Shown: positions 41,751 to 51,582 of the stretch, in pieces
How the letters are laid out: the number at the start of each line of letters is the position of its first letter
Position numbering within the stretch: position 1 is the stretch's first letter
Assembly (NCBI GenBank): GCA_965223905.1
Contig: CBDCXV010000005.1
Coordinates: 1-64,000 of the forward strand
DNA: 64,000 bases
Source of the DNA: Candidatus Latescibacterota bacterium
GTDB taxonomy: Bacteria > Latescibacterota > UBA2968 > UBA8231
Reading direction: 5' to 3'
Notes under the pieces: generated by a model
Database searches by the model: none
The model's input: the letters and a program-made list of their open reading frames with translations, nothing else
What the model was told of the DNA's origin: nothing
Program-made: the position numbers and the translations under genes

Positions 41751-42843
41751 CCTGTTTCGCAGTCTCGCCGTTGCCCTCGCCCTGCTGCTGCCTCCGGCGG
41801 GCGCCGCGGCGCACAAGATCAACACCAGCTACATCAGCGTGGAGATCGGCCAGGACGGAAGCCTGGAAGCCAGGGTCTCCTTCGACGAAACCGACCTCAT
41901 GGCCGCCTTCGATCTCGACGCGGATGGAGACGGCATCATGCGGCGGCAGGAAATGCTCGACGGAAGCGACACGGTCGAGACCTTCCTCGAGCAGGCCCTG
42001 AAGATCACTGCGGAAGGGGATCCCGTGGCCTTGTCGGTCGGCGAGGGGGGGCTGCGCCTCGACGACAAGGGGAACCTCTTTCTCGACGTTCCCCTGAGGG
42101 GCCGGCTCCCGGGAGACCCCGCGACCCTCGAGGTCCGCTTCGCCCTGTTCGACCGCTTCGCCCCCGATCACCGCTGCCTGGTCAAGCTTCAGGCCGGGGA
42201 CCGGCCGGGCCAGGCGGTGGTCCTGCACGCGGCGACCCCCCAGCGCCGGTTCCGGCTGCGGGATCCCGGCCTCCTCGACCACGTCGCCGACTTCACCCTC
42301 CTCGGCATCGAGCACATCTTCCTCGGGTACGACCACGTCATGTTCCTGCTGGCCCTGATTGCCATCGGCGGCCGGCCGCTGGCCCTGGTCAAGGTGGTCA
42401 CCGCCTTCACCGTCGCCCACAGCATCACCCTGATCCTGGCGGCCCTCGACGTCGTCTCCCTTCCCGGGCGGCTGGTCGAGGCCGGCATCGCCTTCAGCAT
42501 CGCCTACGTCGCTGCCGAGAACCTGTGGAGGCCCCGGCCGCACCACCGCTGGCGGCTGACCTTCTTCTTCGGCCTCGTGCACGGCTTCGGGTTCGCCAAC
42601 GTGCTGCGCGAGCTCGGGCTGCCGACGAAGTCGCAGGAGCTGGTCGCCTCCCTGCTGGCCTTCAACGTCGGGGTGGAGATCGGCCAGGTCGCCATCGTCG
42701 CCGTGCTGCTGCCGCTCGTGATCTGGATCGGACGTAGCGCCTGGCGCGGTGCCTTCATCAAGGGGGTCTCCGTCATCGTCCTGCTGTTCGGGCTCGGCTG
42801 GCTCGTCGAAAGGGCCTTCGACCTGTCGTACATGCCGCTGTGA
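41737..42843 (+). CDS. HupE/UreJ family membrane protein
   Basis: Signal peptide ending AAAH; LGIEHI..GYDH, TAFTVAHSITL, FGLVHGFGFA, FNVGVEIGQ. Confidence 0.9.
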   Translation: MERSSLFRSLAVALALLLPPAGAAAHKINTSYISVEIGQDGSLEARVSFDETDLMAAFDLDADGDGIMRRQEMLDGSDTVETFLEQALKITAEGDPVALSVGEGGLRLDDKGNLFLDVPLRGRLPGDPATLEVRFALFDRFAPDHRCLVKLQAGDRPGQAVVLHAATPQRRFRLRDPGLLDHVADFTLLGIEHIFLGYDHVMFLLALIAIGGRPLALVKVVTAFTVAHSITLILAALDVVSLPGRLVEAGIAFSIAYVAAENLWRPRPHHRWRLTFFFGLVHGFGFANVLRELGLPTKSQELVASLLAFNVGVEIGQVAIVAVLLPLVIWIGRSAWRGAFIKGVSVIVLLFGLGWLVERAFDLSYMPL

Positions 42844-43127
42844 GCCGCATCACAGCACCATTTCTCTAATACGCGCGGCTGAAGAGCAGCGGCCCCGGGG
42901 GCGGGCGAAAGGCATCCGAGACTTGGCGTGACAAAAAGCCGGATGGGGCGCGGCTTGGAAATCCTGCACAGGCGTTGGCAGACCTCCCCGGGTTCCCCCT
43001 TTTGGTCGGGCAAGCCCTGTATCAGGCAGCTACCTCTCGGATGGAGTGTTTGTCCGGGTCAGGGTTTTCCCTGCCTGAAGGGTCATACAGGTGAGAGAAT
43101 CGATACCCGGATGAGAAAGGACACGCC

Positions 43128-45632
43128 ATGAGCGGCAACCGGGGGCGAGCCCCGGTGAAAGGAAATGCCTCGAGCCGGCGGTGGAGATACGCACTGATCG
43201 CAGGGCTCCTCCTGGCGGTCCGGCCGTCGTCCGGACAACCTGCAGGCGCCTCCCACCCCGGCGACCCCTGGTTCGCCCTCGACCGCGTGCTCGACGTGAA
43301 CATCGAAATGGCCCCCGGGGATTGGGACCTCCTTCGTTCCCAGACGCGGACCCTCGTCGATTTACTCGGCGGTGCCGACTGCCTCGACAGCCCCGCGGAC
43401 GAGATCTTCACCTGGTTCGAGGCGACCGTGACCGTGGACGGGGAAACCCGCACCCAGGTCGGGGTCCGCAAGAAGGGGTTCCTCGGATCGCTGAGCACGG
43501 AGAAACCCGCTCTCAAGGTCCGCTTCGACAAGTTCGTCGACGGTCAGCTCCTCGGCGGTGCCGTGAAGCGCCTGACCCTGAACAATGCCCTGCAGGACCC
43601 GTCCATGCTCAATACCTGCATGGCCTACCACCTCTTCTCCGCGGCCGGCCTGCCGGCGCCGCGCTGCAACTTTGCCACCGTTTCGGTCAACGGCGAAACC
43701 CTGGGCTTGTACGCAAACGTCCAGAGCATCAAGACCGCCTTTCTGGAACGCAATTTCTCCGATCCAGGCGGCAATCTCTACGAAGGGACCACCAGCGACT
43801 TCCGCCCCGATTGGCGCGGCACCTTCGTAAAGAAGACCAACGAGGAGGAAGCGGACTGGTCGGACATCGACGCGGTCGTCGCCGCGCTGCAGGACCCCTC
43901 CCCGGCCGGACTCGAAGCCCTCGCCGGCGCCGTCGACCTCGACCGCTTCCTCACCTTCTGGGCCGTCGAAGTGCTGATCGGCCACTGGGACGGGTACGCC
44001 GGCAATCGCAACAACTACTTCGTCTACCGCGAGACGGACGGTCCTTTGCAGTTCATACCCTGGGGGGCGGACCAGGTTTTCACCTCGACCGATGTTCCTT
44101 TCGACGATTTCAGGTCGCCGGCTTCGGTCCTGGCGCACGGAGCCATCGCCCACCGTTTGTACCGCAACGAAGCGACGCGAGCCGACTATGTCGCCCGCCT
44201 CAGGCAACTGCTCGAAACGGTCTGGAACGAAGAAGAGCTTCTCGGCCTCGCCGGCGAGATGGAGGAGATCGTCAAGCAGCACGCGCTGCCTGCCATGCGA
44301 CCCGATGCCGCCCGGGACGCCAACCGGGTGCGCCGGTTCATCCGCGGGCGGCGAGCGGTGATTCTGGCCGATCTCGATCCGGAGCCGCCCGCCTGGCCCT
44401 GGCCGCTGACCGAGCCCTTCTGCTGGGCGGAAAAAGGGGCGTTCGAGCTGCGCTTCGAGACCGCATGGGGATCGAGCGGGAGCGAGAATCCGCTGCAGGA
44501 AGGGACGGTCTCGTTCACCCATTACCAGCTGGAGGGAAAGCAGCAGCGCTTCGTGAGTTCGGGAGCCGTAGCCGGCTTCGCAGAGGAGGAGGGACGGATT
44601 GACAAGGACAAGGCGGCGGTAACCGTTGTAAGTCTTGGAGAAGATTTATCCATAGACCTGCTCACCGTTTCGCTGCCGATCGACCGGACGGCGAGCGGCG
44701 CCAGCCTGCCCATCGACCTGGATTCGGTCCGCGGCTTCCGCCTGTTGCTGCCCTCCGCGGATGCCCCCCCGAACCAGTGGGACCTGATCGCCACGGGAGG
44801 GATCGAACTCGACGAGGCCGGTACGGAGCCGGGGGCCAGGGTTTCGGGCCTGTTCTACGGCACCTTCCTGAGCTTCGGCGGGGACGCTTTCACCGAAGAG
44901 GGTGACGGCGAAATCGGTGCCGAGATCGGACTGATCGTCAACGAGGTCGCCGCCCAGGGGGATCCCCTCGACTGGTTCGAGCTCTACAATGCCTCGGATG
45001 AACCGAGAGACCTCGCGGACTTTCTCATGGCCGACGATCTGACCGACGCGGGGAAGCGCACCCCCTTCCCGGACGGCACGGTCATCGAAGCGGGTGCCTA
45101 TCTGCAGATTCAGCTCGACAAGGACGGGTGGCCGGGCTTTGCCCTCGGCCGCGACGAAGAGCTCGGCATCTGGACCGCAGGCGGACTGCTGGTGGCCGAG
45201 GTCGACTGGGAAGAGGGACAGGCCGATGAGGGAACGAGCTGGGCGCGCATCCCCGACGTCACGGGGGACTTTCAGGCCGTAAGCACTCCTACGCCCGGGG
45301 CCCCGAATAAGGTGGCGACAGCGGTTGCCGGGCAGGCCGCGGACACGCCCGCCGAGTTTCGGTTGCGCGGCAACTGGCCCAATCCATTCAATGCCAACAC
45401 CACCATCGCCTTTGACCTGCCCGGGACCGCACCTGTGCGCCTGGTGGTCTACGACCTGCTCGGGCGCCGCGTCCGAACCCTGCACAGGGGCGAGGCCCTG
45501 GCGGCCGGCCACCACCGCACATCATGGGACGGCCTCGACGAGGAGGGCCGCCCGGTCGCCAGCGGGGTCTATCTGTACCGGCTCACCGCCGGGCAGGATT
45601 TCGCCGCGGGGCGGATGGCCCTGATCCGCTGA
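43128..45632 (+). CDS. Secreted CotH kinase-family protein with lamin-tail and FlgD-Ig C-terminal domains
   Basis: VGVRKKG, LTLNN, GNLYEG, HWDGY..NRNNY, IPWGAD; IVNEVAA..DWFELYN..PTPGAPN; NWPNPFN..WDGLD.EG.PVASGVYLYRL; start uncertain. Confidence 0.85.
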   Translation: MSGNRGRAPVKGNASSRRWRYALIAGLLLAVRPSSGQPAGASHPGDPWFALDRVLDVNIEMAPGDWDLLRSQTRTLVDLLGGADCLDSPADEIFTWFEATVTVDGETRTQVGVRKKGFLGSLSTEKPALKVRFDKFVDGQLLGGAVKRLTLNNALQDPSMLNTCMAYHLFSAAGLPAPRCNFATVSVNGETLGLYANVQSIKTAFLERNFSDPGGNLYEGTTSDFRPDWRGTFVKKTNEEEADWSDIDAVVAALQDPSPAGLEALAGAVDLDRFLTFWAVEVLIGHWDGYAGNRNNYFVYRETDGPLQFIPWGADQVFTSTDVPFDDFRSPASVLAHGAIAHRLYRNEATRADYVARLRQLLETVWNEEELLGLAGEMEEIVKQHALPAMRPDAARDANRVRRFIRGRRAVILADLDPEPPAWPWPLTEPFCWAEKGAFELRFETAWGSSGSENPLQEGTVSFTHYQLEGKQQRFVSSGAVAGFAEEEGRIDKDKAAVTVVSLGEDLSIDLLTVSLPIDRTASGASLPIDLDSVRGFRLLLPSADAPPNQWDLIATGGIELDEAGTEPGARVSGLFYGTFLSFGGDAFTEEGDGEIGAEIGLIVNEVAAQGDPLDWFELYNASDEPRDLADFLMADDLTDAGKRTPFPDGTVIEAGAYLQIQLDKDGWPGFALGRDEELGIWTAGGLLVAEVDWEEGQADEGTSWARIPDVTGDFQAVSTPTPGAPNKVATAVAGQAADTPAEFRLRGNWPNPFNANTTIAFDLPGTAPVRLVVYDLLGRRVRTLHRGEALAAGHHRTSWDGLDEEGRPVASGVYLYRLTAGQDFAAGRMALIR

Positions 45633-45649
45633 CGGCGGACGCCGGATTC

Positions 45650-46531
45650 TCAGACCGAATCGGCCACCTCGGCGAGCCCTTCATACCTGTTGCTCTGCTT
45701 GGGCCTGCGGGAGTGGTGGGAGGGCAGGAGCAGGGCCGCCTGCTGCGGTGGGGTGAGGTCCTCCCAGTAGGACGGACGCCGCCCGCGCACCCCGCCTCCA
45801 CCCCACGACATGTGCCCGGTGTTGTACTTGTAGAGGATGGCCCGGCGCTGGTGGCCGGCATGCCACGGGAGGGTTCCGTGGGTGCAGGCCTCGCTGAAGA
45901 TGACCGCGTCGCCGGCACTGGCGTTGATCTCGGTCACGTATTCCCGGTACTGCTCCCACCTCCGCATCCTTGCAGGGCAGGCGAGGTTGGCCTTGTGGCT
46001 GCCGGGAATGATGCTGATGCCGCCGTCGCCGGGGCCTTCGTCGGCGAGCAGGTACTCGATGACGCAGAGCCCGGTGAAGATCCTGCCTTCGCGGTAGAAG
46101 TAGGGGGCGTTGTCGAAGTTGCCGTGCAGCATGCCCCCGGAGCATCCCTTGTCCATGGCGATCAGGCCGGGGCCGTGGTCGAGGCGCCAGCCTTCCCCGA
46201 GGATGGTGTTGAGATGGGGCGTGGTTTTCGGATGCGCCAGCATTTCCCGGAAGGGCTCGCAGTGGGGATGCGGCCGCTCCATCAGGTTCTCGCTGTTGCC
46301 GAGGCGCGTCGAGCTGTTTTCCCCCCTCAGGGCGACCGAGTCGCCGAAGTACTCCGGGCTCGGGTTGAGCTCCATGGAATCGATCGCCTCGTTGGCCAGC
46401 TTCAGGTGCTCGGGGCTCAGCACGTCCCGCACGATCAGGAACCCGGTCAGGTCGAAGAGGTACTTCTCGTCGTGGGACATTTCCATTGTTTCGGCGGTGA
46501 TCGAGCGCGAGGTGTTGGCGTGTTCGGTCAT
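45650..46531 (-). CDS. PhyH-like Fe(II)/2OG enzyme, HxN variant; paralogue of 20739..21527
   Basis: KYLFDLTGFL, RLDHGPGLIAMD, LHGN, IPGSHK, EACTHGT. Confidence 0.85.
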   Translation of the reverse strand: MTEHANTSRSITAETMEMSHDEKYLFDLTGFLIVRDVLSPEHLKLANEAIDSMELNPSPEYFGDSVALRGENSSTRLGNSENLMERPHPHCEPFREMLAHPKTTPHLNTILGEGWRLDHGPGLIAMDKGCSGGMLHGNFDNAPYFYREGRIFTGLCVIEYLLADEGPGDGGISIIPGSHKANLACPARMRRWEQYREYVTEINASAGDAVIFSEACTHGTLPWHAGHQRRAILYKYNTGHMSWGGGGVRGRRPSYWEDLTPPQQAALLLPSHHSRRPKQSNRYEGLAEVADSV

Positions 46532-46591
46532 GGCTGTTTTCCCGTGGGTTGAGTTGATGAACAAGAAAGGTCCTGTCCGGTGAGTGGCCGG

Positions 46592-47851
46592 TCAGCCGAG
46601 GAGCAGGTCGGCGACCGGGAGGGCGAGCACGCGGGAGCTGAGCGCATGGGGCTCGGAACAGCCGCAGGCGAGGATCCCGAACGGTGCTTCCGGATAGCTG
46701 TCGAGAAAGGCTTCGAGGCCGCGGGCGTCGTCCCCCCTTGGACGAGCGGTCGTCTTGATTTCGAGCGGCAGGGGCGTGCGGCCGGATTCCAGGACGAAGT
46801 CCACCTCCTCCCCGGCCGCGGTGCGCCAATGGCAGAGGGAGATCCGCGGCACCTGAAGCGATGCGAACGCCAGGAGATGAATGCATACCCAGTTTTCCAG
46901 CCAGGCCCCCCACTCCCGGCCTTCCTGCAGGGTTTTCGCGTCGAAGATGCCGGCGAGGTGCGCGGCGAGCCCGGTGTCGGACCAGAACAGCCGCGGCGCC
47001 TTGACGAGGCGCTTGCCCCGGTTGACCGCGTAGGCGGGGATGCGCAGCAGCTGGAACGAGACCTCGAGGGTTCCCAGGTACCGCCGTGCCGTGGCCGGTG
47101 AAAGCCCGGCGTCGCGAGAGAGCGAGGCGGCGTTGGCAAGGCGTCCGTTCTGGCCGGCGGCGATCTGCATGAGACGGCGAAAGTCGACGAGGTTGTCGGT
47201 TGCCGACAAAGCGCGCAGGTCGCGCTCGAGATAGGTCTGCATGTACCCGTCGAACCACCGGGTGCGGAACTCCGCGTCCGGGCTCAGGCTGGGAACGGGA
47301 TAGCCTCCAGCCATGATCGCCTCCTGCAAAGGGCGGGAAGGCGGGGGGGCCGGCTCGAGCCCGGCGAGGACGGCCTCGAGGGACCGCTCGCGCACCAGGA
47401 GCGCGAGATTCCTTCCGAACTCCCGGCCTTCAACCTCGGCCCAGGTCAGTCCGGGCAGCTGAAAATACACGGCTCGGCCCGCCAGGCTCTCCGACACCCG
47501 GCGCATGAGAAGCAGGTTGGCGGAGCCTGTGAGCAGGAATCGGCCTGCCCGGCGGTCGGCGTCCACCGCCCGTTTCACCGCGAGCAGGAGGTCCGGCTCC
47601 CTCTGGATCTCATCCAGCGTGACGCGATCGCGGGCAATGAACAAGGCGTCCGGATCGCGCTGCGCCAGCTCGCGGGTCTGGAAATCGTCGAGGGTAAGGT
47701 AGACTCGTTCCCCGGAGACCTCGGGGAGGGTTGCGATGGTCGTCTTGCCTGTCTGACGCGCCCCGTGCAACACGACGACCGGATGTTGGCGGAGGGTGTG
47801 GGCCAGGGCGGAAGTCTGATACCTCGAAACGGTTTTTTGCAAATCGATCAT
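46592..47851 (-). CDS. AAA+ ATPase with DUF4143 and C-terminal PD-(D/E)xK-like motif
   Basis: GARQTGKTT, LDEIQ, LTGS, YLERD, KAPRLFWSDTGL, EVDFV..LEIK; start approximate. Confidence 0.88.
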   Translation of the reverse strand: MIDLQKTVSRYQTSALAHTLRQHPVVVLHGARQTGKTTIATLPEVSGERVYLTLDDFQTRELAQRDPDALFIARDRVTLDEIQREPDLLLAVKRAVDADRRAGRFLLTGSANLLLMRRVSESLAGRAVYFQLPGLTWAEVEGREFGRNLALLVRERSLEAVLAGLEPAPPPSRPLQEAIMAGGYPVPSLSPDAEFRTRWFDGYMQTYLERDLRALSATDNLVDFRRLMQIAAGQNGRLANAASLSRDAGLSPATARRYLGTLEVSFQLLRIPAYAVNRGKRLVKAPRLFWSDTGLAAHLAGIFDAKTLQEGREWGAWLENWVCIHLLAFASLQVPRISLCHWRTAAGEEVDFVLESGRTPLPLEIKTTARPRGDDARGLEAFLDSYPEAPFGILACGCSEPHALSSRVLALPVADLLLG

Positions 47852-47983
47852 GTCGTGATTGATAATCAACCAAGATCTGACTGTCAAACAGCCAAGGTCT
47901 GATTTCCTGGGCGATATTCCTTGATACGGACAGGGTGGCAGGGTCCAGCTCCCCTGGAGCCGGGCGCCACCCCATCACCGGAG

Positions 47984-48020
47984 TGTCCGGAATCGGTTGC
48001 GGCTGTTCGAAATCGAACAG
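47984..48020. promoter_or_regulatory. Tandem enhancer (UAS) sites for a sigma54 activator
   Basis: TGTCCG-GAAT-CGGTTG (47984-47999) and palindromic CTGTTCGA-AA-TCGAACAG (48003-48020), 20 bp apart, upstream of the -24/-12 element. Confidence 0.6.
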
Positions 48021-48076
48021 GGACACCGGCACCCAGTTCAAGTCCGCTCACAGGGTAAACAGAAGCGGCTGCACCC

Positions 48077-48092
48077 TGGCACGGAAATTGTA
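48077..48092 (+). promoter_or_regulatory. Sigma54 -24/-12 promoter
   Basis: TGGCAC-GGAAA-TTGTA versus consensus TGGCAC-N5-TTGCW; NtrC-family gene at the end of the locus. Confidence 0.7.
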
Positions 48093-48324
48093 TGGGAACG
48101 GACGGAAGGAGCTTGTAAACCCTGTGATCCCGTTGAAGAAATGGTTCCGCAGCCCTGGCAGAGACCCGGGGCCCGCGGGGGAGGCGCGCATCCGTGTCGA
48201 ATCCCGCATACCGGGAAGCAACGGAGCCCCGCCTCCGGAGCGCCGGTCGAGCGTTTCCGATCCGAAGGGTACGGGGGCGCGGAGGGCCGGCCGCGGCAGT
48301 GATGAAGCTGTTCAACCGGACCCC

Positions 48325-49575
48325 ATGGACCGCCCGCTGGACCCGGCCTTCCGGCGCCGCCGGCGGATCAGGCGGATAGCCCGTTCCCTGGCCGGACTGG
48401 CCGCGCTCGTTTCCCTCTTCGTCTGGCTGCCCGGCTGGATCCGGCCGTCGGTCGACTCCGGCCGCATCCGCACCGCGCAGGTGCAGCGGGGAGCCGTGGA
48501 GGAGACGATCACCGCTTCCGGCACCGTGGTTCCCCGGTTCGAGCAGATCCTCTTCAGCCCCGTCAACACCCGTCTCGTGCGGATTCTGCACAAACCGGGG
48601 GACCTGCTGCGGCAGGGAGAGGCGATCGTCGAGCTCGACCTGAACGCGGCGCGGATCGAGGTCGAGAAACGGGCGGAAGAGCTGGCGCTCAAGCAGAACC
48701 AGCGCACCCGGATCGAGCTGGAGGAGCGCAAAAATCTCAGCGACCTGGAGACGAGCCGGCGCCTGAAGAAATTGGACCTGGAGCGCCGGCAGACCCGCAC
48801 CGCCCAGTACCAGGAGCTGCAGAGAATCGGCGCGGTTTCCGGGGAGCAGCTGCGCCAGGCGCAGATCGAGGAGGAGCGCGCCGGCATCGAGCTTGGGCAG
48901 ATCGAAGAGAACCGCCGCAACCTGATCGAATCCACCCGGGCCCGGCTGCAGGCCCTGCAGCTGGAGATGAAGACCCTCGAACGCGAGGGGGAGGAAGTGC
49001 GCCGCCGCCTGGAGCGGGCCCATATCCGCGCCGACAGGGAGGGCGTGCTCACCTCGGTCTCCCCGGTGGTCGGAGCCCCGGTCGGCCAGGGCCAGGAGAT
49101 CGCCCGCGTCGCCGACCTCAGCTCCTTCCGCGTCGACGTCAGGGTTTCCGACATCCACGCCCAACGCCTCCGGACCGGGCTGCCGGTGCGCCTGCGCATC
49201 CGCGAGGAGGCGTACGTCGAGGGGCGCATCTCCCGCATCCTTCCCACGGTGGACGACAACGTCATCGATCTCGAGGTCGAGTTGGACGACCCGGCGCACC
49301 CCCTGCTGCGGCCCAACCAGCGGGTCGACGCCTACATCGTCACCGCCCGCAAGGAGCGCTCCCTGCGGTTGGCGCGGGGGCCGTTCATCAACGGCGGCGC
49401 CGGTCTCCACGAGGTCTTCGTCGTCCACGGCGAGACCGCGGTGAAGACGGAGATCCGCATCGGCCTGGCGAATTTCGAGTACTACGAAGTGGTGGAGGGG
49501 TTGCTGGAAGGGGACGAGGTGATCATTTCAAGCATGAAGAACTACCTGCACATGGACGAAGTCCGGATCAGATAA
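48325..49575 (+). CDS. MacA/HlyD-type periplasmic adaptor
   Basis: MDRPLD, N-terminal TM, ASGTVVP, long coiled coil, GLLEGDEVIIS. Confidence 0.9.
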   Translation: MDRPLDPAFRRRRRIRRIARSLAGLAALVSLFVWLPGWIRPSVDSGRIRTAQVQRGAVEETITASGTVVPRFEQILFSPVNTRLVRILHKPGDLLRQGEAIVELDLNAARIEVEKRAEELALKQNQRTRIELEERKNLSDLETSRRLKKLDLERRQTRTAQYQELQRIGAVSGEQLRQAQIEEERAGIELGQIEENRRNLIESTRARLQALQLEMKTLEREGEEVRRRLERAHIRADREGVLTSVSPVVGAPVGQGQEIARVADLSSFRVDVRVSDIHAQRLRTGLPVRLRIREEAYVEGRISRILPTVDDNVIDLEVELDDPAHPLLRPNQRVDAYIVTARKERSLRLARGPFINGGAGLHEVFVVHGETAVKTEIRIGLANFEYYEVVEGLLEGDEVIISSMKNYLHMDEVRIR

Positions 49576-49585
49576 GGAGGCAGCC

Positions 49586-50251
<666 letters not shown>

Positions 50252-50265
50252 GGGAGGAGAGGGGC

Positions 50266-51582
50266 ATGCTGAAGAACTACATCAAAATCGCCCTCAAGGG
50301 CTTCTGGCGGCACAAGTTCCTCACCGGCGTCAACCTCTTCGGCATCTGTTTCACCCTCGTAGTGCTGATGGTGGCGACGGCCTCCATCGACCAGGAAGTG
50401 GGACCCATACCGCCCGAGGTCCACTCCGACCGCACCCTGTATCTCGACTGGCTGTTCCCGAAGTTTACTGCAACCGACTCATCTCTCAGTCCAGCGAAGG
50501 CCGTACTCCGGAACTATAGGCCTGGTTACGCGTTTCTGGACCGCTATGTGCGTCGCCTGGAAACGGCGGAAAACGTGACGGTGTTCTCTCATGCCGATTC
50601 CCGGGGAATGCAAGGAGGGGCGGAGGAGAGCCATCTGCAGGTGATGTTGACCGATGGGGCGTTCTGGGAGGTCTTCCGCTTCGACTTCCGCCAGGGCCGG
50701 CCCTATGGGACCGAGGAGGTGGCATCCGGCGCCAGGGTCGCCGTGATCCCCGCCGGCTTCAGCCGACGCTTCTTCGGCTCGGAGGAGGTTGTGGGCAAGA
50801 GCGTGCCCATCGACGGACAGAACTACCGCGTGGTCGGCGTGGTGACCGACGTTCGGCATAATTATTTCTACCGGGAGAGAGGGATGAGAGTCCACGCCGA
50901 TGTCTGGGTGCCGGTAACCACCGCTCCTCCCGAGGTCTGGCGCACCTACAAGCTTTCGGGACAGTTCAGGGCGGCGGTGCTGGCGCGGCGGCCGGCGGAT
51001 ATGGAGCGCATACGGGCGGAATTCGCCGCCGTGCTGGAACAGGTGGAACCTCCACCCGATGAGCGCTTCGCCCTCACCGGAATATCCGCTCCGCTGGTGA
51101 CCAAGCTGGAGGAGTGGGGGCTCCGAGGAGGATGGAAAAAGGACTATGGCAGCAGTGTGGACGGACGCCAGGTGGTCGCCGACTACCTCCAGCGGCGGCT
51201 GCTCACCCTGGGAGGCTATATGTTGCTGTTCCTGCTCCTGCCGGCGCTCCACCTCGTCAATCTCAGCATCGGCCGCATCGAGGAGCGCACCTCCGAGATC
51301 GGGGTGCGCAAGTCGTTCGGCGCTTCGACCCGCACCTTGGTAGGGCAATTCGTGGCGGAAAACGTGCTGCTCACCCTGATCGGCGGGGCGCTCAGCCTGC
51401 CGATCAGCTGGGGAATACTGGCACTCGATCCAAACGTGTACATGGATGTCGGGGTTTTGATCCGCACATACTTCTTCGGGGTCTTGCTCGCCCTGTTCTT
51501 CGGGGTCATCTCCGGAGCCTGGCCGGCCTGGAAAATGGCGCGCCTGCACCCTGTCCGGGCACTGACCGGGAGGGTAGAATGA
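50266..51582 (+). CDS. MacB/FtsX-type permease, type A copy 1
   Basis: MLKNYIKIALK..NLFGI; ERTSEIGVRKSFGA; PAWKMARLHPV. Confidence 0.9.
   Translation: MLKNYIKIALKGFWRHKFLTGVNLFGICFTLVVLMVATASIDQEVGPIPPEVHSDRTLYLDWLFPKFTATDSSLSPAKAVLRNYRPGYAFLDRYVRRLETAENVTVFSHADSRGMQGGAEESHLQVMLTDGAFWEVFRFDFRQGRPYGTEEVASGARVAVIPAGFSRRFFGSEEVVGKSVPIDGQNYRVVGVVTDVRHNYFYRERGMRVHADVWVPVTTAPPEVWRTYKLSGQFRAAVLARRPADMERIRAEFAAVLEQVEPPPDERFALTGISAPLVTKLEEWGLRGGWKKDYGSSVDGRQVVADYLQRRLLTLGGYMLLFLLLPALHLVNLSIGRIEERTSEIGVRKSFGASTRTLVGQFVAENVLLTLIGGALSLPISWGILALDPNVYMDVGVLIRTYFFGVLLALFFGVISGAWPAWKMARLHPVRALTGRVE

Noticed and set aside
47855-47887. Fur box, and TTG start at 47887 for the DUF4143 gene
   Set aside because: Only about 11/19 match to the Fur consensus; the TTG is more likely part of a TTGACA -35 element
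47935-48324. 130-aa N-terminal extension of the adaptor protein in the ORF track
   Set aside because: It runs through the enhancer and sigma54 promoter and is low complexity; MDRPLD is the family-typical start
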